Shown here: piece after piece, positions 1 to 10,479 of the stretch
How the letters are laid out: each line of letters opens with the position of its first letter
How positions within the stretch are numbered: position 1 is the first letter of the stretch
NCBI GenBank assembly: GCA_965242525.1
Contig: OZ251459.1
Span: 320,001-384,000 of the forward strand
From: an uncultured Candidatus Binatia bacterium
GTDB taxonomy: Bacteria; Desulfobacterota; Binatia; UBA9968; JAJDTQ01
DNA: 64,000 nucleotides
Direction of reading: 5' to 3'
The notes under the pieces: generated by a model
Databases searched by the model: none
What the model was told of the DNA's origin: nothing
What the model saw: the letters and a program-made list of their open reading frames with translations, nothing else
Program-made: the position numbers and the translations under genes

Positions 1-82
1 GTTGCTGCGGAAGGGCAGCCACGCGCCCGTGATCCTGCTGGACCATCGCGAGCGGTGGCTGCAAAGGGAGATGGGGTTCTGA
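1..82 (+). CDS. 3' end of an upstream gene (partial, unknown product)
   Basis: Frame 2 reads LLRKGSHAPVILLDHRERWLQREMGF* with strong GC3 bias; TGA at 80-82. Confidence 0.5.
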   Translation, partial: LLRKGSHAPVILLDHRERWLQREMGF

Positions 83-564
83 GCGCGGGTTACAGGGTCG
101 GCCAGGGCTTCGACGTCCACCGCCTCGCGCCCGGCCGAAAGCTGGTCCTCGGCGGCGTCCACATCCCGCATCCGGCAGGCCTGTGGGGTCACTCGGACGC
201 CGACGTGCTGCTCCATGCCCTGATGAACGCGGTGCTCGGCGCCATTGGCAAGGGAGACATCGGGACCCATTTCCCGGACACGGACCCGGAGTTCGAGGGG
301 GTTTCGAGCACGGGCCTGCTGGACCGCGTGCTTCGGCTCATGCGGCAGGCGGGGTTCGGCGTCGTGAACGTGGACGTCACCGTCATCGCCCAGCAGCCTC
401 GGCTGGCGCCGCACTTCGGCGCGGTCCGGACCCGCTTGGCGGGCCTCCTGGAAGTGCCCGAGGAGGTGGTCAACCTGAAGGCCGGCACCATGGAAGGCCT
501 CGGTCCCATCGGCGAGGGCCGGGCCATGGCGGCGATGGCGGTGGTGCTACTCCGGTCCGTGTGA
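55..564 (+). CDS. ispF: 2-C-methyl-D-erythritol 2,4-cyclodiphosphate synthase
   Basis: RVGQGFDVH, GHSDADVLLHA, GDIGTHFPDTD motifs; real start may be CTG at 79. Confidence 0.96.
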   Translation: MAAKGDGVLSAGYRVGQGFDVHRLAPGRKLVLGGVHIPHPAGLWGHSDADVLLHALMNAVLGAIGKGDIGTHFPDTDPEFEGVSSTGLLDRVLRLMRQAGFGVVNVDVTVIAQQPRLAPHFGAVRTRLAGLLEVPEEVVNLKAGTMEGLGPIGEGRAMAAMAVVLLRSV

Positions 565-3207
565 CTCGACCCCGTCGCAGGTTTCCGGGAATCCGCCGCC
601 GGCCGAGCGGGCGAGAGCCACCGTACCGCGGTGGCCGTCGATGGTGATCCGGTGTCCGCTCGCGATGCGCTTCGTCGCATCGTCCACGCCCATCACCGCG
701 GGGATGCCGTACTCCCGCACAAGCATGGAACCGTGGGCCAGCGGCCCGCCGATGTCCGTCACCAGGCCAATGGCCTGGTCGAAGAGCTGCATCCACGCCG
801 GGGCGATGTTCGGGCACACCAGGATGCGGTTGGGCTTCATCTTGTGGAAGTCGGTCCGGGAGCGGATGACGCACGCCTCTCCGGTCACCCGTCCCGGGCT
901 CACCGGGGAGCCCCGCAGCACGCGGCCCCGGTCCGCGTCGGGTTCCGTGACCGCGGGCGCGTCCCTGTCCTCCGGCCCGATGGTGTGCGGAGGACGCAAG
1001 GACTTGCGGGCTTCCCGCAGTGCGCGCCGCCTCTCCGCGGTGCGCAACAGGTGGGGCAAGGCCCGGCCCTGCCGGCGCGCCTCGCTGGCCGCGGCGATCT
1101 CGCCGCCGGTCAGGTGGAAAGCGTCCGCGGGCGCCGCCAGGGTCCCCGCCTCCGCCAGACGCCGTCCCAGCTCCAGCGCCAGCGGGCGCAGCACCAACCA
1201 CGCGGCGCCCATGAAGAACAGCGCTTCTTCCCGATACGAGTGGGAACGTCGGGCGAGCCATGCGCGGTGGCGGAGTCGCCAGCGCCGGAAGCCGCGGAAC
1301 GCCGTTCCCGCGGCCCGGGACGCGGGAACGGGCGGGGTCCGGTCCTGCGCGTGCGGTCCGCGTTCGGGGCCCCGGACCAACCGCTGCAGGGTCTGCAGGA
1401 CCTGCCCGGGGTCTTCGGCCATGGCGGGCTCCACGAAATCCAGCGTATAGACCTGGTGGCCGTAGCGACGGATGTACCCGTCGAGGGCGGCGCTCGCCGC
1501 GGCCCCGTCCGCATGGTTCCGAAGCGCCTCCCGCAGGCGTTCCACCGGGGTGGCGAGCGCCAGTTCGCGGAGCGCCGCGCTGGCCCGGACTTCCTCGGCC
1601 AGCGCGCGCAGTTCCGCCCGGGCGCGCATGGCCGGTGACGGCAGCGCGCCGAGGAACCGGGCGTTGGCGAGGTCGGCGTCCGCGGCGTTCTCTTGCAGGA
1701 AACGGCGCAGCCGGTACTCCCTGCGCCTTGCGTGGATGATGGCCAGGTAGGCGCCGTCGTACCAGTAGCTAGCGTCGGCCCGGGCCAGGGCGCGTATCCC
1801 GGACAGCAGCGTCTCGTCGTCCGCGTCGCCGGGGGCCACCCGCGCCCACTCCTCGATGGCCGCCAAGTAAGCCGGCAGGGCCTTGCGGCGCCAACGGGAG
1901 ACCAGCCAGAAGTAGAGCGCGAACCCGCGGCGCGCCTTCTCCATCCACCGGGAGAGACGGCCGTCGCGACTCGGCGCCGCCCCCTCTTCCCGCAGGCGGC
2001 TCCACACGCCGAACCGCCTGTAGGCAAAGCCGTTCACGGTGACGTGGGTGAGCAGACGCGCGGACGGCATGCCGTCCCGCAACGGGTCCACGCCCCTGGC
2101 CCGGAGGAACCAGCGCGCCCAGGGCTCCCGGCACGCCTCGGTCAGGTACACGTCCTCGAACAGCTTCGATACCGGCTCGATCAGGTACTCGACGATCTGG
2201 ATCCGTTTCAGGACGGCGTCCGGTTCCGGCGGTTCCCAGCGGACGTCGGGCGGCGGCTCCGGCGGCAGGCGGGTAATGGGGCGCGACTGGAGGAGCCACG
2301 GCTTGCCGCCCGCGACGGCCCATTCGATGTCCTGGGGCGCGCCCTCCAGGAGGCGTTCCGCCGCGACGCCCAGGCGGACGATCTCCTCGACCAGCGGCGC
2401 CGGCAGCGACGGTTCGCCGCGCCGGGCCGGGTCCACCGGGACTATGCGCGTGCCAGACTCCGCGGCCACCGCCATGCGCTCCTTGGGGCCGACGGTGGTC
2501 TCCCGGACGGCCAGGGCGCCGCGGTCCACCACGTAAACGTCCGGCGTCACCCGTCCGCCGACGATGGCCTCGCCGAGACCGTAGCCGGCGTTGACCACGG
2601 CCTCGGAGCGCTCGCCGGTGACCGGGTTGGCGGTGAACAGGACGCCGGAGACCTCGGCATCCACCATGCGCTGCACCACCACCGCCATGGACGGCTCGTG
2701 GCGGATGCCCATCCGGCGCCGGTAGCCGAGGGCCCGGGCGGTCCACAGGGAGGCCCAGCAACGGCGCACGGCCGACAGCACCGCGTCCTCCCCGCGCACG
2801 TTCAGGAACGTCTCGTACAGGCCGGCGAACGAGAGTCCCGGCAGGTCCTCGGCGGTGGCGGACGAACGCACCGCCACCGCGGGTTCTCCCGCGCCGAGTC
2901 GGCGGTACGCGCGGCCCAACTCGGCCGCTACGTCGGCCGGCAACGCCGCGTTCTCGAAGCGTTCCCGGATGCGGGAGGACGCCCGTTCGAACGAGCCCCT
3001 GCCCTCGGCGTCGAGGGCAGGCCTCGCAAGCTCCCGCAGCGTCGCCCGCAGGCGGTTGGAATCGACGAAACGCTCGTAGGCCGAGCTCGTCAGGATGAAG
3101 CCGCCGGGCACCGGGAAGCCCGCCCTCGACAGCCGCGCCAGCCGCACGCCCTTGCCGCCGACGACTTCGAGCGGCGCGTCCCCGGTTTCCAGAGGCAGGA
3201 CGGTCAT
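547..3207 (-). CDS. PEP-synthase-like phosphotransferase with rifamycin-phosphotransferase-type architecture
   Basis: N-terminal PPDK ATP-grasp (VGGKG, AVRSSATAEDLPGLSFAG, DIEWA..LLQSRPIT), helical middle, C-terminal His swivel domain (TDIGGPLAHG..REYGIPAV). Confidence 0.85.
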   Translation of the reverse strand: MTVLPLETGDAPLEVVGGKGVRLARLSRAGFPVPGGFILTSSAYERFVDSNRLRATLRELARPALDAEGRGSFERASSRIRERFENAALPADVAAELGRAYRRLGAGEPAVAVRSSATAEDLPGLSFAGLYETFLNVRGEDAVLSAVRRCWASLWTARALGYRRRMGIRHEPSMAVVVQRMVDAEVSGVLFTANPVTGERSEAVVNAGYGLGEAIVGGRVTPDVYVVDRGALAVRETTVGPKERMAVAAESGTRIVPVDPARRGEPSLPAPLVEEIVRLGVAAERLLEGAPQDIEWAVAGGKPWLLQSRPITRLPPEPPPDVRWEPPEPDAVLKRIQIVEYLIEPVSKLFEDVYLTEACREPWARWFLRARGVDPLRDGMPSARLLTHVTVNGFAYRRFGVWSRLREEGAAPSRDGRLSRWMEKARRGFALYFWLVSRWRRKALPAYLAAIEEWARVAPGDADDETLLSGIRALARADASYWYDGAYLAIIHARRREYRLRRFLQENAADADLANARFLGALPSPAMRARAELRALAEEVRASAALRELALATPVERLREALRNHADGAAASAALDGYIRRYGHQVYTLDFVEPAMAEDPGQVLQTLQRLVRGPERGPHAQDRTPPVPASRAAGTAFRGFRRWRLRHRAWLARRSHSYREEALFFMGAAWLVLRPLALELGRRLAEAGTLAAPADAFHLTGGEIAAASEARRQGRALPHLLRTAERRRALREARKSLRPPHTIGPEDRDAPAVTEPDADRGRVLRGSPVSPGRVTGEACVIRSRTDFHKMKPNRILVCPNIAPAWMQLFDQAIGLVTDIGGPLAHGSMLVREYGIPAVMGVDDATKRIASGHRITIDGHRGTVALARSAGGGFPETCDGVESHGPE

Positions 3208-3210
3208 GGT

Positions 3211-3351
3211 CTATGGAGGAGTCCCGCGTCCGTCGAGGGACGTCTCCGTCTCCGCCCACCCGAGACTTCCGCGCAACGACGGCCTATGGTAATCGGTTAC
3301 GACGGGTGGATGCGCAAGGATTGCGGCCGGTTGCTTCCACCTGCGCTGCAT
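3211..3351 (-). pseudogene. Internally deleted duplicate of the sulfotransferase at 5594-6472 (46-aa mini-ORF)
   Basis: MQRRWKQPAAILAHPP..SLRG|SLGWAE matches the N-terminus (MQRRLKQLAAFLAHPP..SLRG) fused to the C-terminus (SPGWAQ) of 5594-6472; junction at CTTCCG. Confidence 0.85.
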
Positions 3352-3454
3352 GACGGCGGTCCGATCCGATCCGTCAACCGGGCCCGGCCGGGAGCACGGA
3401 GACGGAGCTACAGGGACACGATAGTAAGCCATGCCGTAAACGTCAATCTCGAAG

Positions 3455-5548
3455 ATGAAGACAGACCGCCCGTGCCCCCCCTCTACCGGGTCTGAACGCT
3501 TGGCCCTGCCGTTGCTGCTGCTTGCGCTGTCCACGTTGTTCCTGTGCAACGTGGACAAGGGACACTTCTACAGTCCCGGCAACCAGGACTGGTCCATCCT
3601 GGGCCTGACGATAGCCGAGAACCTGTCGCCGGATCACAATTTCCGGCTGTTCCGGTGGCTGGAACCGGCACCGGACGGCGCCCCCACCTACCGGATCCAC
3701 AGCCGCTTTCCCGTCGGCGGTTACGCACTCATCAAACTCGCCATCCTCCCATTCGGAAACGACCTCTCCGCCAGGATCCTCGCCGCCCGAATGCTCATGT
3801 TGCTGTTGTTCAGCGCCGCTGCGCTCCTGGCCTTCCACTCCCTCGCCCGGATCACCTTCCGCCGCTGGGTCGCGCTGGCCGCCACCCTCACGGCGTTCTC
3901 CTCCTACTACATGCTGTTCTACAGCAACGCGGTTTTCGTGGAGTACAGCGTGGACCTGTTCGCGGTCATGCTGGTGTTCCACGGCATGGTGGTGTTCGTG
4001 CAGGAGGGACGGTTCCGGCAGTTGCTGGCCAGGACCGGCGTTGCGCTGCTGCTGGGCTGGCACGTGTATGCGTTCCTGCTGCCGTTCATCCTCCTGGGCC
4101 TGGGGAGCGAGGCGGTCCGTGCGTGGAAGGACGGGACTGCGGTGAGGCTGCGCTCCGCCGGGGCGGCGGTGCTGCGCAGCCGCTACATGGCTCTTGGCCT
4201 GGCCTCGCTGCTGTTCGGCGCGGCCGTCCTGAGCTTCAACTTCGCCAACGAGTACGCCGCGTTCGGAGGAGAGACCGCGGTGACCGAACTGCCGTCGTTC
4301 CGGTCCATGCTCCGGCACACCGGACTGAACCGGGACTCCCCCCCCCTCGGTTCGTGGCTGTACTTCCTGGAACAGCAGTCCTTCCGTGTCTGCATGGCGT
4401 CCGTTCCATTCGTGCTGAGCGACTGGGGAATCGGTTTGCTGGAGTCGTTTCTCCCGGTTCGCCTTTCGGCGTCGGGCCTCTCGGGACCGGCGTTGTGGGT
4501 TTGCCTCCTGGCGTTGCTGCTGGCCGTCGGAGCATCCACGGCAGTCGTCCGCCTTGCGAGGCCGCTGTTGGCCCGGCGACACCGCATGCCGCTGGCCGCC
4601 CTTGCCCTGTCGGGGTTCTTCTGGGCCCTGCCCATGCGCCACAACGTTGCTTACCACCCTCACGAGGTCCTGTACTACCTGGGCCTCCCCCTGGTGTTCT
4701 ACTCGCTGCTCTTGCTGTACGTCCACAAGCGCTGGGGGCATCGTCCGGTAGTCGGCCTTGCCGCTGCCGTGGCCCTGCTCGCCTTCGTGGTCTCGGTCTT
4801 CCATCTGGATCACCGACGGGGCACGGACGCCCGTGCGGTGGAGCTCCAACAGGTCGCCATGGCCGAACTCGGGGCCATTCGCGAAACCATCCGGGGGAAG
4901 GTGGTCCTGCTACCCGGATCCGTCGAGCCGGAATGGTCCAGGCAATTATTCCCGGTCTTGACGTGGCAATACTACCTCACCGGAAGCGTCTGGATACACC
5001 ACCTCCACGACGTGGAACTTGCCGCCCGCGCCGCGGACTTCATCGTCGTCCATGACCGTGTGGAGAGCGACGCCCTGCTCACCCCCGGGAACGAACAGGT
5101 GTTCCTGTACGATTCCACAGGTATCGACGACCTGGTGGAGCTGTACCGGTCCACCTACCAACAGGCGGTGTCCGGAGACCCTGTGCCGCGCTCCTACTTC
5201 GACCTCCATCGCGGTGCACACAGCTACTTCGACGTCCATCTCGGTGACGACGCGGTGACCTTCGTCAAGGATCCCTGCACCCGGGAGGATGTGAGATCCC
5301 CGATCCAGGTGGACATAACCCCGGAAGACCGGAAGCACCTCTTCTTGATGCGTCCGGAGTACAGCTACAACCGTCCCACCCGCTGGATCAGGTTGGATAC
5401 ACATCCCGTGCGGTTCGAGGGGAAGTGCGTCGCTGTCGTTTCACTCCCCGATTACCCCATCTCCGGCATCAGGGCGAAACAGAAGCTACGCCGGTCCCGC
5501 GATGGGCGCAGGTCCTACTGGGAAGTGGAGATACCGGCGAGCCGGTAG
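3455..5548 (+). CDS. Multi-TM GT-C-like membrane protein with C-terminal 2-Cys domain, paralog 1
   Basis: Many hydrophobic helices; AENLSP, SRFPVGGYALIKLAILPFG, FNFANEY and KxPC..FEGKC motifs shared with five other copies. Confidence 0.85.
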   Translation: MKTDRPCPPSTGSERLALPLLLLALSTLFLCNVDKGHFYSPGNQDWSILGLTIAENLSPDHNFRLFRWLEPAPDGAPTYRIHSRFPVGGYALIKLAILPFGNDLSARILAARMLMLLLFSAAALLAFHSLARITFRRWVALAATLTAFSSYYMLFYSNAVFVEYSVDLFAVMLVFHGMVVFVQEGRFRQLLARTGVALLLGWHVYAFLLPFILLGLGSEAVRAWKDGTAVRLRSAGAAVLRSRYMALGLASLLFGAAVLSFNFANEYAAFGGETAVTELPSFRSMLRHTGLNRDSPPLGSWLYFLEQQSFRVCMASVPFVLSDWGIGLLESFLPVRLSASGLSGPALWVCLLALLLAVGASTAVVRLARPLLARRHRMPLAALALSGFFWALPMRHNVAYHPHEVLYYLGLPLVFYSLLLLYVHKRWGHRPVVGLAAAVALLAFVVSVFHLDHRRGTDARAVELQQVAMAELGAIRETIRGKVVLLPGSVEPEWSRQLFPVLTWQYYLTGSVWIHHLHDVELAARAADFIVVHDRVESDALLTPGNEQVFLYDSTGIDDLVELYRSTYQQAVSGDPVPRSYFDLHRGAHSYFDVHLGDDAVTFVKDPCTREDVRSPIQVDITPEDRKHLFLMRPEYSYNRPTRWIRLDTHPVRFEGKCVAVVSLPDYPISGIRAKQKLRRSRDGRRSYWEVEIPASR

Positions 5549-5593
5549 TCCCCGGTTCCCGGAGTCAGGACGGTCATGGTCCATGGAGGAGTC

Positions 5594-6472
5594 TCACGCC
5601 CATGGAAGGGGGTTCTTCGCCTGCGCCCACCCGGGACTTCCGGTCTCCGCGGAACTTTCCGAGACGCTCCGGTACAACTCCAGGTCCGCGGCGTAGCGGG
5701 CGGTCAGCAACGCCCTGTTCCGCTCGGTCAGGAGACGGCCCATTTCCGCTCGGGCGGCGCGCACGGCTTCCGACGACGGCCGCCATCCCGCCATGGTGTT
5801 CAGCATCGGCAACTCCGGCGCCGGCATGCCCAGGCGCATGGCGACTCGCTTCAGGTCCTCGTGGATGTTCTCGAGACGGCCGACGAAGTCGGGCAGGCGT
5901 CCTTCCTCGAGGAGTATCTGCGGGCGCTGGGACAGGTAGTGGGCGTCGGCGAAGGCGTCGGCGCCGTAAGGCGTGTTCAGCCACCGGCAGTAGTCGTCGA
6001 AGCTGTCCACCTCCCCCAGCCCGTAGAAATGGTCGTTGTAGAACCGTTGCCTCTCCTCCTTGCGGAGCCGGTTCACACCGTCGAAGCGTTTGTGGAAGAA
6101 ACGCATCTCCGCATAGAACGAGAGCGCCCGGTCGAAAGGGTGCCTGATGAAAGCGAAGCTGTAGTAGCCCTTTGCCTCCGGATACATGGCGCCGACGTCG
6201 GAGATGCTCTTGTCCACGATGAGTTCGGCGTCGGGGTCCGCGTTGCGTAGCGCCGCGATGAGGCTCCGCGACGCCACCTTGGGGTTGCAGAGCCAGAGAT
6301 AGCGGTACTTGCGCGAGACGATCTTCTCGGCGCCGAAGTTGGGGCGCCGCAGGGCGTTGACGGCGCACATCCTCGCGTCGTCGAACCTTCCGCGCAACGA
6401 GAGCTTGACGGCGTCCTTGACGATGGGCGGATGCGCAAGGAACGCGGCCAGTTGCTTCAACCTGCGCTGCAT
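5594..6472 (-). CDS. Sulfotransferase family 2 (PAPS-dependent) protein
   Basis: 5'-PSB-like NPKVASRSL, 3'-PB-like FIRHPFDRALSFY, DFVGRLEN, YAADLELY. Confidence 0.85.
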   Translation of the reverse strand: MQRRLKQLAAFLAHPPIVKDAVKLSLRGRFDDARMCAVNALRRPNFGAEKIVSRKYRYLWLCNPKVASRSLIAALRNADPDAELIVDKSISDVGAMYPEAKGYYSFAFIRHPFDRALSFYAEMRFFHKRFDGVNRLRKEERQRFYNDHFYGLGEVDSFDDYCRWLNTPYGADAFADAHYLSQRPQILLEEGRLPDFVGRLENIHEDLKRVAMRLGMPAPELPMLNTMAGWRPSSEAVRAARAEMGRLLTERNRALLTARYAADLELYRSVSESSAETGSPGWAQAKNPLPWA

Positions 6473-6566
6473 GACGGTGGTCCGGTCCGGTCCGTCAACC
6501 GGGTCCGCCCGGGCGGTTCCACGGGGACGGAAGGTTGCCTTCCGGGTTGGAGGGAAGCCGCCGGTC

Positions 6567-8513
6567 TCAGTCTTCCTCGTACTGTTCCTTCAGCTTGGCG
6601 ACCACCGAGGGGTCGGCAAGGGTCGTGGTGTCTCCCAGCGTCTTTCCGTCGGCGATGTCGCGCAACAACCGGCGCATGATCTTGCCGCTGCGGGTCTTGG
6701 GCAACTCCGCGGCGTAGTAGAGCTCGTCCGGGCGCGCGATGGCGCCGATCTTCCTGGCCACGTGGGCGCGCAGCTCCTCGACCAGCTCCGGCGTGTTCTC
6801 GACGCCGGCGATCAGCGACACGAACGCGCAGATGCCCTGCCCCTTGACTTCGTGCTGCTTCCCGACCACGGCCGCTTCCGCCACCGCCCGATGGTCCACC
6901 AGGGCGCTCTCGACCTCCATGGTGCTGATCCGATGCCCGGAGACGTTCATCACGTCGTCCACCCGCCCCAGGAGCCAGAAATACCCGTCCTCGTCGCGCC
7001 TGGCCCCGTCGCCCGCGAAGTACATGCCCGGGAACCGGCTCCAATAGGTCTCCACGTACCGGTCGGGGTCGTTGAACACGGTCCGCAGCATGGCCGGCCA
7101 CGGCCGCTTCAGCACCAAGTAGCCCCCGCCGCCCGGCGGCACCGATCGGCCCTGCTCGTCCACCACGTCGGCCTCGATGCCGGGGAAGGGCCGGGTGGCC
7201 GAGGCGGGCTTCAGCGTGGTGACCCCCGGGAACGGGGTGATGAGCGGGTGTCCCGTCTCCGTCTGCCACCAAGTGTCCATGATGGGGCAGCGCCCGTGTC
7301 CGATGTGCTCGTGGTACCACATCCACGCCTCGGGATTGATGGGCTCCCCCACGGATCCCAGGAGCCTCAGGCTGCCCAGGTCGCGCCCCGCGGGATACTC
7401 GGCGCCCCAGCGCATGAAGGTGCGGATGGCCGTGGGCGCCGTATGGAATATGGTCACTCCGTATTTCTCCACCATCCGCCACAGCCGGTCCTTGTCCGGC
7501 CAGTCCGGCGACCCCTCGTACATCACCTGGGTCACGCCGTTGGCCATGGGACCGTACACGATGTGCGTGTGGCCCGTGACCCAGCCGATGTCCGCGGCGC
7601 ACCAGAAGACGTCGTCCTCCTTCATGTCGAAGACCCACTTGTTGGCCAGGTAAACGCCCAGCAGGTACCCCGCGGTGGTGTGGACGATGCCCTTGGGCTT
7701 GCCGGTGGTGCCGCTGGTGTAGAGGCTGAAGAGCATGTCCTCGCTGTCCATGCGCTCCGGCTCGCACCAGAGCGGCGCATGCTCCATCAGCTCGTGCCAC
7801 CAGTGGTCCCTGCCTTCCTTCATGACGGCGCCGGAGCCGCTGCCCACCCGTTGCACCACCACCACGTTCTCGATGGACGGCGAGCCTTCCACCGCCTCGT
7901 CCGCGTTCTCCTTCAGGGGGATGACCGCGCCGCGCCGGTAACCGCCGTCGCCGGTCACCAGCACCTTGGCCGAAGCGTCGTTGATCCGGTCGCGCAAGGA
8001 CTCGGCGCTGAAGCCTCCGAACACCACGCTGTGCACCGCCCCGATGCGGTTGCATGCGTGCATGGCGATCAACAACTCCGGGACCATGCCGAGGTAGAGC
8101 GCCACCCGGTCGCCCTTGCTTACCCCCAACCCCTTGAGCACGTTGGCGAACTTGTTCACCTCGCGCCAGACGTCGCGATAGGTCAGGACCCGCTCGTCTC
8201 CCGGCTCCCCTTCCCACAGGATGGCGGCCTTGTTCTTGCGGGGGGTTGCGACGTGCCGGTCCAGACAGTTGAAGGAGGCGTTGAGCTTGCCCCCGATGAA
8301 CCACTTGGCCCAGGGGCAGTCCCACTCCAGCACCTTGTCCCAGGTCTCGAACCAGTCCAACCCGCGGGCCTGCTCGGCCCAGAACCCCTCGGGGTCCTTG
8401 CTCGCCCGCTCGAACACCGCCGGGTCGTTCAGGTTCCCCGACTGCCGGAACGCGTCCGGCGGCGGAAAGGTCCTTCCTTCCTCCAGCAGGACTTCGATCG
8501 CTTCGTCTGCCAT
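6567..8513 (-). CDS. acs: Acetate--CoA ligase
   Basis: [31 protein letters not shown]. Confidence 0.97.
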   Translation of the reverse strand: MADEAIEVLLEEGRTFPPPDAFRQSGNLNDPAVFERASKDPEGFWAEQARGLDWFETWDKVLEWDCPWAKWFIGGKLNASFNCLDRHVATPRKNKAAILWEGEPGDERVLTYRDVWREVNKFANVLKGLGVSKGDRVALYLGMVPELLIAMHACNRIGAVHSVVFGGFSAESLRDRINDASAKVLVTGDGGYRRGAVIPLKENADEAVEGSPSIENVVVVQRVGSGSGAVMKEGRDHWWHELMEHAPLWCEPERMDSEDMLFSLYTSGTTGKPKGIVHTTAGYLLGVYLANKWVFDMKEDDVFWCAADIGWVTGHTHIVYGPMANGVTQVMYEGSPDWPDKDRLWRMVEKYGVTIFHTAPTAIRTFMRWGAEYPAGRDLGSLRLLGSVGEPINPEAWMWYHEHIGHGRCPIMDTWWQTETGHPLITPFPGVTTLKPASATRPFPGIEADVVDEQGRSVPPGGGGYLVLKRPWPAMLRTVFNDPDRYVETYWSRFPGMYFAGDGARRDEDGYFWLLGRVDDVMNVSGHRISTMEVESALVDHRAVAEAAVVGKQHEVKGQGICAFVSLIAGVENTPELVEELRAHVARKIGAIARPDELYYAAELPKTRSGKIMRRLLRDIADGKTLGDTTTLADPSVVAKLKEQYEED

Positions 8514-8731
8514 GGTCCCTCCTCGACGGGCGCCGCAGGACTCGGCCGCTCCGGGCCCGTCTTCACCCGTCCACGGATTCTAAGCCACGCCCGTCCGGTT
8601 GGCAAGACGAAGGGTTTCCACGTAAACTGCCCGCCCGGCGCCGCGGTCGGGAGGGAGGACCTCCCCGGCGCCCTTCGTCCGCGCCGTAAGGCGGCCGCGG
8701 AGAACTCCCGCGTTCTGCGACCGAGGAGAAG

Positions 8732-10381
8732 GTGCGTTTCCGACCCGACCGTCTCACCGTGCTGATCGCCGCGGCGGCAGTGCTGGGCGTCGCCTTGGTC
8801 CTGGCGCGGGAAGCCACCTACGGAGTGATGCTGGCGCATGACTCCATCAACTACGTGGTCTCGGCCCGGAACCTGTTGTCCGGAGAGGGTTTGACCCTCC
8901 ACAACGGGCGCTTCTACGTCGTATGGCCTCCCCTCTACCCGCTGCTGCTGGCCGCCGCCAGCCTGGGGACCCTGGATCCCTACGACGTGGCCGGCCCCGT
9001 CAACGCCGCCGTCTTCGGGCTGACTGTGTTGGTAGTAGGGCAATACCTGCGCACGCGCCTGGAGTCCCGCTTCCTCGTGGCGTGGGCGTGTCTCTCTGTC
9101 GCCTTGTCGGTCCCCATGGCGGAGTTGTCGTCGTGGGCCCTGTCCGGCCCCGTGTTCATCCTGTTGGCGACCCTCGCCCTCGTCCAGACCGACGGCTTCC
9201 TGACCGGGGGCAAGACCCGATCGCTGGTCCTGGCCTCGGTGTTCGCCGCCCTGGCCTGCCAAGCCCGGTACATCGGGGTGGCCGTAGCGGTCGTGGTCGG
9301 GCTGCTCTTCCTCTTCTCCGGAAAGGAAAGGGCGTCGCTGCGGCGGCGGGCCGGACGCTTGGCCGTATTCTCGCTGGTCGTAGCCGCGCCCATGGGCCTG
9401 TGGCTGCTGCGCAACTACCTGCTCACCGGGACCCTCGCGGGAGACCGTCCGCCATCCGATTACACTTTGCCGACGCTTCTGGGCGAGACGGTCGGTCGTC
9501 TGCTGCACGGGGGGTTGCTGTACCTCGGTCCCCCTTGGGTCCGGAGGCTGTCCCTCGCCGCGCTGGCGCTGGCGGCCATCGTCCTGGCAGCGCTCGGTTA
9601 CGTTTCCGCCAGGGAGCGGCGCCCCCCGTCCGACTGGCGTCCCTTCTACCTCTTCGGCGGCTTCGGGCTGGCGTACCTTGCCGTGCTCGCCTCGATGATC
9701 ATGATGTGGGGGGACTTGTTCCTCCAGTCGAGGTACCTGGTTCCGCTGTACCTTCCGTTCCTGGTCGTCGCGGTGTCTGCGCTGGACCGGTTGCTCGCCC
9801 GCGGGCGGCAGGGAACGTTGCCGGGAACCGTGGGCGGGCCGCCCCGGCCTGGAGCCATGCGCGCAAGGGCAGGGGGGAAGGGCATCGGCCGGGTCACGGC
9901 GTCGCTGACCCTTGGAGCCGTACGCACGAAGGCAGGGGGGAAGCCGAGCGTGCTGGCCGCCGTCCTGACGGTGGCCCTTTCCCTCTGGACGGTGGGGCAA
10001 GTCGTTGCCAACGTCCGCGCCATCGGCCGGGCGAACGCCCAGGACCTGTCCAGGGGCTACGGCGCACAACCCTGGGCGGTCTCCGAGACCCTGCGGTACG
10101 TCCGGGAAAACCCCCTCGTGGGCAAAGTGTACAGCAACGCGGCCGTCGTCGTGTCTCTCCACAACCATGGAACCGGACCTTGCAAGGGGGCGCCCAGGCA
10201 GTTGGAGAGGCTGCTCGAGAAGGCCCGGAACGGCGTGCACGTGGTCTGGTTCGAGGACTATTGGCGCCGCCACCCCTATGACTACGGCGTCGCCGACTTG
10301 CGCGCATCGCCGGAACTGGAGCCGGTGGCGGAACTGGCGGACGGCGCAATCTTCCGCGTGATCAGGGCAGGGAACCCCTGA
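8732..10381 (+). CDS. ArnT/PMT-like (GT-C) membrane glycosyltransferase
   Basis: HDSINYVVSARNLL, WPPLYPLLLA, RYIG, RYLVPLY; roughly a dozen hydrophobic segments; stop lies inside a MITE terminal repeat. Confidence 0.7.
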   Translation: MRFRPDRLTVLIAAAAVLGVALVLAREATYGVMLAHDSINYVVSARNLLSGEGLTLHNGRFYVVWPPLYPLLLAAASLGTLDPYDVAGPVNAAVFGLTVLVVGQYLRTRLESRFLVAWACLSVALSVPMAELSSWALSGPVFILLATLALVQTDGFLTGGKTRSLVLASVFAALACQARYIGVAVAVVVGLLFLFSGKERASLRRRAGRLAVFSLVVAAPMGLWLLRNYLLTGTLAGDRPPSDYTLPTLLGETVGRLLHGGLLYLGPPWVRRLSLAALALAAIVLAALGYVSARERRPPSDWRPFYLFGGFGLAYLAVLASMIMMWGDLFLQSRYLVPLYLPFLVVAVSALDRLLARGRQGTLPGTVGGPPRPGAMRARAGGKGIGRVTASLTLGAVRTKAGGKPSVLAAVLTVALSLWTVGQVVANVRAIGRANAQDLSRGYGAQPWAVSETLRYVRENPLVGKVYSNAAVVVSLHNHGTGPCKGAPRQLERLLEKARNGVHVVWFEDYWRRHPYDYGVADLRASPELEPVAELADGAIFRVIRAGNP

Positions 10382-10435
10382 ACGACGGTCCCCGTTCGTC
10401 CTGAGCGTAGCGAAGCGAAGTCGAAGGACGCGCTT
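10371..10435 (+). mobile_element. MITE fragment (one TIR plus palindromic core)
   Basis: GGAACCCCTGAACGA then CCGTTCGTCCTGAGCGTAGCGAAGCGAAGTCGAAGGACGCG; matches reverse complement of 62946-63055. Confidence 0.75.
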
Positions 10436-10479
10436 CTCGCGCAGCGCTGGCCATGCGGACCCGCTGGCGCTGCCGGCCG

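Noticed and set aside
547-3207. Annotation as ppsA or rph
   Set aside because: Domain order excludes PpsA, and rifamycin specificity cannot be read from the sequence
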